From Abditibacterium sp. (lineage in GTDB: Bacteria > Armatimonadota > Abditibacteriia > Abditibacteriales > Abditibacteriaceae): a stretch of 64,000 nt of DNA. Shown piece after piece: positions 58,526 to 64,000 of this stretch. A program made the translations under genes and the position numbers. The stretch is taken from contig CBDASK010000003.1 in NCBI GenBank assembly GCA_965199495.1, positions 512,001 through 576,000 of the forward strand. The letters are read 5' to 3'. The notes under the pieces are model-generated. The model saw only the letters and a program-made list of their open reading frames with translations. It was not told the DNA's origin and did not search any database. Numbering within the stretch: the first letter of the stretch is position 1; each line of letters starts with the position of its first letter.

Positions 58526-61500
58526 TCAATCGCCCGCTTCGGCGAGCAGACTGGCGAACGCGGTCACGAAACTGGCGCCGTTGGAGCCGTCGGGATCGGC
58601 GATGTCGTCGGTTGCGGGCAAAATCGTGGTGTCGAGCGGGCCGGGCCACAACGGTTGAATGCGGCCCAATCCGCCTTCGCCCAGCCAGCGTTTCACCAAC
58701 TCGAAACTGGAAGCCGGGTGGCCGAGACTGATCCATTCCGCGCTCGCGGGCGTGCCGTTGGGCGCCGCGACGCCGAGTTTGGCGGCCATCAGATTGCGAC
58801 GAAAAGCGCGCACCTGCTTCGAGTAACCGCGCTCCAACTGGCGGTCGAACGAAGCGATAGCCGCCGAGCCGTCGAAGGTGAGGCCGCGCCTGCGAAAATG
58901 AGTCGCGCCACTGAGGCACCACACATCATCAACGAACACGCAGGTCGTGCGGATAAACGCGGGCCGACCGGGAAAACCGACGGGATGAAACACTACGACG
59001 CGGTCGGGCGCGGCGCTTTGCAGGTCATTGGCGGCCTGCAAACGCGCGCGGAAATGCTGGCGCGACCATCCGCGATATGGGGGCGCGAAATCGGACTCGC
59101 GCGGCGTGCAAACGATAACTTTGAGGTTGGGATGCGCGCCTAAACTGGCGATAATTTCCGCCACTAAATCAACGGTTGCGCCCGTTCCGGTGTGCGCGAA
59201 TTGCGGCGATTCAATGTAAATCAGCTCGCGCGCTTCGCGCAGTGCGCGCCGCAACGACCACATCGCATCGCGCAGACCATTGGCCGAAACCACGAATTCG
59301 CGGCGCACTTCGGCCTGCAAACGCTGTTCGTTGGGGCTGTTAAACGTCGGCGGCGTCACGCCCAAAGCATTGGCAATCGCGTTGATGCCCTGCTGCACCG
59401 TCGTTCCGGGCGCGGGCGGCGTCAGCGCGCTCAGTTCGGGCGTTTCGCAGATGGCGGCGACGGTTTCGAGCAGCACTCCAACGCCGGTTAAAGCCGAATT
59501 GGAATCAATCGGCAAGTTAAAATTATCGCCCGCCATGCCCACGATCCAGCCCGGCGTGGCTGCACCGAGAGGCACAATCGGCTGAGCGCGGCGCATCGCG
59601 TGACGCGCCAAATCGTAGGCCAGAGCGCCCGAAACGTGGATGCCCGACGCGTGAACATCCGGCCCCGCCGGGTTGCCGGGATTGCCGCTCGCATGGAGCG
59701 CCGAACGGGTTTCGCTCGCCCAGCGCCCGCCGCTCAAAACGGCTTCCCACAATATGGGCGGAGCAGGAGCCACGCCGACGGTGCCCGTCGCCAGTATCGT
59801 CTCGAAGCGCGCCATTGTGGGCAGTCGCGGCCCTTGGCGCGGCGAGGTTTCCGACGCCAGAGCGCGCACGAAGCCGATGATGCCGCCCGGCGCGACGCCC
59901 GGCGGTGCCACAGTGGTGGGAATACCAAAGAGCGGAACTGGCGCGACCGACTCGAAAATCGGCGGCATTAAACTGACTGGGTTGGTGCCCGCGAACGGGC
60001 TGACCGGCAGAGCGGCGGGGCCGGGCGCGACGGCAACGGCGACATGAGCCGTCAAGCGGCGCGTGCCGACGCGCGGCGCGACCACGATGTCCATCGTCAG
60101 ATTCGCCGGATTGGGACGCGCTTGCCCGCTCGTTAGCTGAAACGGGTTGGGCACCGTAATCAGCGTTGCGGCGCCCGCGACGGCGAGGCTGGCGCCGCCA
60201 TCGCCGCGCACGAACGACGGCTCGGCGGTGATGGCCGGAATCAACACGAACTGGCGCGGATAAATGCGAATATGCGCGCCCGGCGGCGCTTTGTCGGCGG
60301 CGATGGTGACGACGACATCGTTGCCCGCCGTCCACGCGGCGCTAATGCCGTCGGCGGGCGAAGCGGGCGGATTGGGAAGAGCGGCGCCGGAATTGGGAGT
60401 CGGAAAAGCGGGCCAGTGCGGGTTGACATCAGCGGCTGTCGGCACGCTCATCGAGAGGTCGAGGACGGGCGAAACCGCCAGAATCATGCTCTGCGCGGGC
60501 CGCGTCAACACCAAATCGGCCTGTCTCAAAACGTCCGGGCCTTCGGTTAAATAGTTGATGGCGATGTTATCGCGCACGATGGGCAGCACGTCCGCCGGAA
60601 TACCGCCATCGTCGGGGCCGATGCCCAGCACACTCGCGCCCGTGCGGTTGCCCAGCAGCGCCCAGTTCGTATCCACGACCGCGACCTGATAAAACTGGCG
60701 CGGCAAATTGGCAAGCGGCGGCGGCACCAAACGAGTCGTTCCCAAAACGCCGTTGGTGGCCCAGCCCCAGCGCAGACGCCCCCCATCGGTTCCCGCCGTG
60801 TCGATGCCATCGCCCGCCGCCAGACTCACCAAACCACTGGCGGGAACCGCGCCCGTGCCCGTGCCCGCGCCGTTTTTGGTGATGAGCGTGGCGCCGGGAA
60901 ACGCCGGTTGATAAACGCCGCCGTGCAAATCAACGCAGTGAATTAAAGTTCCCGTCGCCAGAGTTGCAATTGACGCGATGCCGCCGGGATTATTAGCCGG
61001 AGAAGTCGAGTTTTTCCACACCAGACCGCCCAGAGCGACGCGCAAATCGTCGAAAAGCGCCGCGACGTAAACCGGATCGAGAATTCTGCCGCGCGCATCG
61101 TGCCATGAGACGGCGCCACTGATGGCGGTCAGCGATTCGTCGGTTATCGCGTCGTCGGCCTCGAACCAGCGCGCCGTGGTAAAACCGGCGGCGCCGCGCA
61201 CCAACAGGGCGTGCGGAACTGGCAGAATCGTCGGATTTCCGGCTCCTGCATGGCGCGAGGCGACCAAAGTTTCGAGGCGCAAAGCCGCCTGGGGATGCAA
61301 GCGAAAAATGGTGGACGGCCCACTGAGCGGCTGTCCATCGGCGCCCGAAAACGCGTCGGTGCGCGCTCCGCTTCCCAGTCGCAAGGAAACCGCACTGCCC
61401 GCGCCGAAGGCTTGTTTGGCGGTGCCCTGCGCGCCGCGCGTGATGGTGAGCGTATCGCCACTGCGCGCGGTGCAAGCCACGACTTCTTGCTGCGCGCCGC

Positions 61501-61837
61501 CCGCACTCGAAAGGTCGAGCAGCACATCGCCGCCCCCGGTCGGAGCGGGAAAGCGACTGCCCTGCCCCGCCGCGACCTGCAAAGTCGTGGCGGAATTGCT
61601 CAGCGCGTTCGCGAGCGTCGAAGCGGCGGGCGAAAACGCGAATTCGCGGATGCCGCGAAACGGCGCGTGGAGCGCGGTGACGTTGAGCGTCAGCGCATTG
61701 GCGTCGTAGGTCGGCGCCGAGGTGTCCCAGCGCGTGGACAGCGAAACGCCGCCGAGACCGAGGGCATCGAGTCCGTTGTTTTGCAGATTCTGCTGCACCG
61801 CCGAAGGCGTCAGCGTCGTGATAGAGGTTGGTGGCAT
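58526..61837 (-). CDS. 1103-aa unknown protein with degenerate C-terminal phospholipase-D-like domain
   Basis: ARELIYIESPQF and FIRTTCVFVDDVWCLSGATHF (HxK replaced); long ORF with GC-rich third positions. Confidence 0.75.
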   Translation of the reverse strand: MPPTSITTLTPSAVQQNLQNNGLDALGLGGVSLSTRWDTSAPTYDANALTLNVTALHAPFRGIREFAFSPAASTLANALSNSATTLQVAAGQGSRFPAPTGGGDVLLDLSSAGGAQQEVVACTARSGDTLTITRGAQGTAKQAFGAGSAVSLRLGSGARTDAFSGADGQPLSGPSTIFRLHPQAALRLETLVASRHAGAGNPTILPVPHALLVRGAAGFTTARWFEADDAITDESLTAISGAVSWHDARGRILDPVYVAALFDDLRVALGGLVWKNSTSPANNPGGIASIATLATGTLIHCVDLHGGVYQPAFPGATLITKNGAGTGTGAVPASGLVSLAAGDGIDTAGTDGGRLRWGWATNGVLGTTRLVPPPLANLPRQFYQVAVVDTNWALLGNRTGASVLGIGPDDGGIPADVLPIVRDNIAINYLTEGPDVLRQADLVLTRPAQSMILAVSPVLDLSMSVPTAADVNPHWPAFPTPNSGAALPNPPASPADGISAAWTAGNDVVVTIAADKAPPGAHIRIYPRQFVLIPAITAEPSFVRGDGGASLAVAGAATLITVPNPFQLTSGQARPNPANLTMDIVVAPRVGTRRLTAHVAVAVAPGPAALPVSPFAGTNPVSLMPPIFESVAPVPLFGIPTTVAPPGVAPGGIIGFVRALASETSPRQGPRLPTMARFETILATGTVGVAPAPPILWEAVLSGGRWASETRSALHASGNPGNPAGPDVHASGIHVSGALAYDLARHAMRRAQPIVPLGAATPGWIVGMAGDNFNLPIDSNSALTGVGVLLETVAAICETPELSALTPPAPGTTVQQGINAIANALGVTPPTFNSPNEQRLQAEVRREFVVSANGLRDAMWSLRRALREARELIYIESPQFAHTGTGATVDLVAEIIASLGAHPNLKVIVCTPRESDFAPPYRGWSRQHFRARLQAANDLQSAAPDRVVVFHPVGFPGRPAFIRTTCVFVDDVWCLSGATHFRRRGLTFDGSAAIASFDRQLERGYSKQVRAFRRNLMAAKLGVAAPNGTPASAEWISLGHPASSFELVKRWLGEGGLGRIQPLWPGPLDTTILPATDDIADPDGSNGASFVTAFASLLAEAGD

Positions 61838-61862
61838 AGCGCCTTCTTTTTGGGTTACGGGA

Positions 61863-62068
61863 TCACCTTACGCGGTTGGAGTATGGTAGGCCCCTATTTT
61901 GTCATTCTGAGCGTAGAGAGGAACGAACGAAGCCGAAGAATCCATGACGTAGAACTCTCAACGAACTGAAACTCTGTCGCAAGCGGTGGATTCTTCGGCT
62001 TCGTTCGTTCCTCTCTACGCTCAGAATGACAAAATAAGGGCCTACCATACTCCAACCGCGTAAGGTGA
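61863..62068. repeat. long inverted repeat, 82-bp arms with 1 mismatch and a 42-nt spacer
   Basis: 61863-61944 / 61987-62068; inner GTCATTCTGAGCG...GAAGAATC REP-like unit. Confidence 0.92.
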
Positions 62069-62105
62069 GTTATGGACTGAAAGTTGAATCAAGTTTCCCC
62101 AGTTA

Positions 62106-64000
62106 TCAGGGAGGATTGAGCGGGGGCAAACGCGATTCGCTCACCGTTTTAATTTTCTCGACAAAGCGCCCATCGGGCGCGGTGATGCGAATGGCGAAGC
62201 GCGCGACCTGGGGCGGCGCGGCAACAATGTAGGTCGCGTCAACACCACTTCCGGGCTGGCGAAACAGGCCAAAAGTGGCGCTGTTGCGCAGCGGAGGGCG
62301 CGGCACTTCGCCCAGCGCCATTTCGATGACCGCAGGCGGGCGGCGTGGAATCGGGGCGAAACTGGCGGTAACGCGCACGCGATATTGGGCGTCGAGCGTT
62401 GCGTCGCGCGGCGAGGAACTCGAAAAACTCAGCAGCAGTCGCGCGGGCGGCGGCAGGGTAATTTTGGTCAGCGTCGGCGTGCCCAAATCGGGCGCGGGGT
62501 TGACCGCGCCGCCGTCAATGGTGGCCAAAACTTCGCCGCTACGCCCCAGCGGGTCGGTGAGGCGGACGGAAAACTGAATGGCATCGTCCAACGCCGCCCG
62601 CCGAATCAGAGCGCGATAAGTCGTCACTCCCGCCGTTGTGCCCACAATCCACACGCCCGAACCGGTCGCTGGCGGCGCGGAAGGCAGACTTTGCAGCGGC
62701 GAATCGAAGGTGAGCAGTCGGTTCACCGTATCGTTTGGGTCGAAGTGCGCCGGGGCGCCCGGCAAAGTGGCGCGGACGGACAAATTATGCGCGCCGAGCG
62801 GCGTTTTGGCGACGGGCGCACTGCTCGTCCACTGCGCGATAATGTCGGGCGGCGCCGGGCCGGTTCCCAGCAGAAGCGCCGATAACGCGGGCGGATCGGC
62901 GGGCGGAATCACGATCCAAGCGGCGGAACTGGCGGGCGAGCGGCCCGGCAAACCGCCGCGCGTCGCGTCCGGCCCCGTCCAAGCCACAGCGCGATACCAG
63001 ACGCGCCGCCACGATCCGTCGGGCGCGTCGGTGCCGGTGGCTCCTGTGATGAAGTCGGTGGCGAAGGCGTCGGAGTTTTTGGCGACGATCCAGCCGCCGC
63101 CGCTATTTTCGAGGCGCAGGAGCGGCGGCCCCATCGTGTCGAGTTCTTTGGCGGCATCGTCCACTCGAACGCGGTGCAGATCAATTTTCTTGACGCGCGG
63201 CCCCGGTCGCGTCGCAACCGAAAGGCGCGCCTTGAAACTGGGCGGCACTGTCATTTCGTCGAGAACGCGCTGCACTTCGAGCATCGGCGGCGCGGGCACC
63301 ATGATGTGCGGCGTGGCCAGCGCAATCAGAGCGTCTGGACTCGTTGGCCAGTCGCTTTCGACTTGACCGGCGCTCGATCCGATGATGATGTAGAGATGAA
63401 TCGCGGTCGAACCGCGCGGCAAAACCACGTCGTGCGAAGTGCCGGTCAGGGCGGTCGAGTTGAGCCGCGTGAAGGCGCGGCGCGGAATGGCCGCGAAATT
63501 GTCCTTGATGATTTTGAGACGGTCATCGAGGGTTTGCGAGGGCGTCGGTTCGGGGCGTCCGAGCGCGCGTAGCACCTGCGTTTCATCCGATTCGTAGATG
63601 AAATAGCCCGCCGAATTGGGTTGCGCCGTCCACGCGATGCGGGCGTGCGCTTCGCCAGCGGCATCGGGCAAGCTGGAAAATGCGACGTGTTCGATGGGCA
63701 CGACCGGCGGGCGCGGATCGGACGTGCTGACCACAATGGGATTGGCCGACCACGCGCCCAAGCGCTGCGGCGCAATCCGCTCTTGCGCCTGCGCCCACAG
63801 CGATAATCCGATGTGTCCCGTCGCGTCGAAATTGAGCGAAAAACCCGGCACGGTCAAGCGATAACGTCGCGCTTCCGTTCCTTGCGCGGGGCCAAACAGC
63901 GCCTGACCTTCGCCGTCTGCGGTGAGGCCGATAATCGTCGCGCCGGGCACCGAAGGCACATCGCCCGCAAATTTCACTTCCAGAAACGGTTCGGCGCCGC
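62106..64000 (-). CDS. large Pro/Ala-rich beta-sandwich-like unknown protein, 5' end beyond the window
   Basis: more than 620 aa open frame; Fn3/Ig-like W...Y patterns (IAWTAQPNSAGYFIY, VWYRAVAW). Confidence 0.7.
   Translation of the reverse strand, partial: GAEPFLEVKFAGDVPSVPGATIIGLTADGEGQALFGPAQGTEARRYRLTVPGFSLNFDATGHIGLSLWAQAQERIAPQRLGAWSANPIVVSTSDPRPPVVPIEHVAFSSLPDAAGEAHARIAWTAQPNSAGYFIYESDETQVLRALGRPEPTPSQTLDDRLKIIKDNFAAIPRRAFTRLNSTALTGTSHDVVLPRGSTAIHLYIIIGSSAGQVESDWPTSPDALIALATPHIMVPAPPMLEVQRVLDEMTVPPSFKARLSVATRPGPRVKKIDLHRVRVDDAAKELDTMGPPLLRLENSGGGWIVAKNSDAFATDFITGATGTDAPDGSWRRVWYRAVAWTGPDATRGGLPGRSPASSAAWIVIPPADPPALSALLLGTGPAPPDIIAQWTSSAPVAKTPLGAHNLSVRATLPGAPAHFDPNDTVNRLLTFDSPLQSLPSAPPATGSGVWIVGTTAGVTTYRALIRRAALDDAIQFSVRLTDPLGRSGEVLATIDGGAVNPAPDLGTPTLTKITLPPPARLLLSFSSSSPRDATLDAQYRVRVTASFAPIPRRPPAVIEMALGEVPRPPLRNSATFGLFRQPGSGVDATYIVAAPPQVARFAIRITAPDGRFVEKIKTVSESRLPPLNPP

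Noticed and set aside
1..64000. CRISPR array, rRNA or intact tRNA genes
   Set aside because: No regularly spaced direct repeats or recognisable RNA gene signatures were found by eye.

Overview
This is a 64-kb accessory region with no rRNA, intact tRNA, CRISPR array or integrase. A prepilin-type/H-X9-DG protein and a DUF6785-like membrane protein suggest Armatimonadota/Abditibacteriota (inference). From left to right it contains: (i) a STAS-HATPase kinase and STAS-wHTH regulator pair ahead of an intact BilABCD-type (ISG15-like) ubiquitination defence operon whose Ubl protein appears to have four tandem Ubl domains; (ii) a galactan/arabinan utilisation locus (4x GH53, 2x GH2, GH30, GH43-CBM13, LacI) with no SusCD or ABC transporter; (iii) a partly decayed run of small detox/stress genes (GNAT, DinB, VOC, SRPBCC, MocR, ArsR); (iv) two signalling kinases, one with a haem-c sensor; (v) two fatty-acid-dioxygenase-type haem peroxidases, a galactose-oxidase-like enzyme and a GH130; (vi) two large unknown proteins, one with a degenerate PLD domain. 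The most striking unannotated signal is a ~108-bp element present three times (6302, 44003, 48757). On the minus strand it encodes an orphan C-terminal peptide with mostly synonymous divergence. On the plus strand it resembles a tRNA 3' end, followed by a terminator in two copies. Two copies abut a YdjM-like gene. The copies appear to divide the window into tandem, integrase-less islands. Several nested MITE/REP-like palindromes are also present, and one demonstrably interrupts a gene with a TA duplication. Family assignments come from motif recognition only, and no searches were run.
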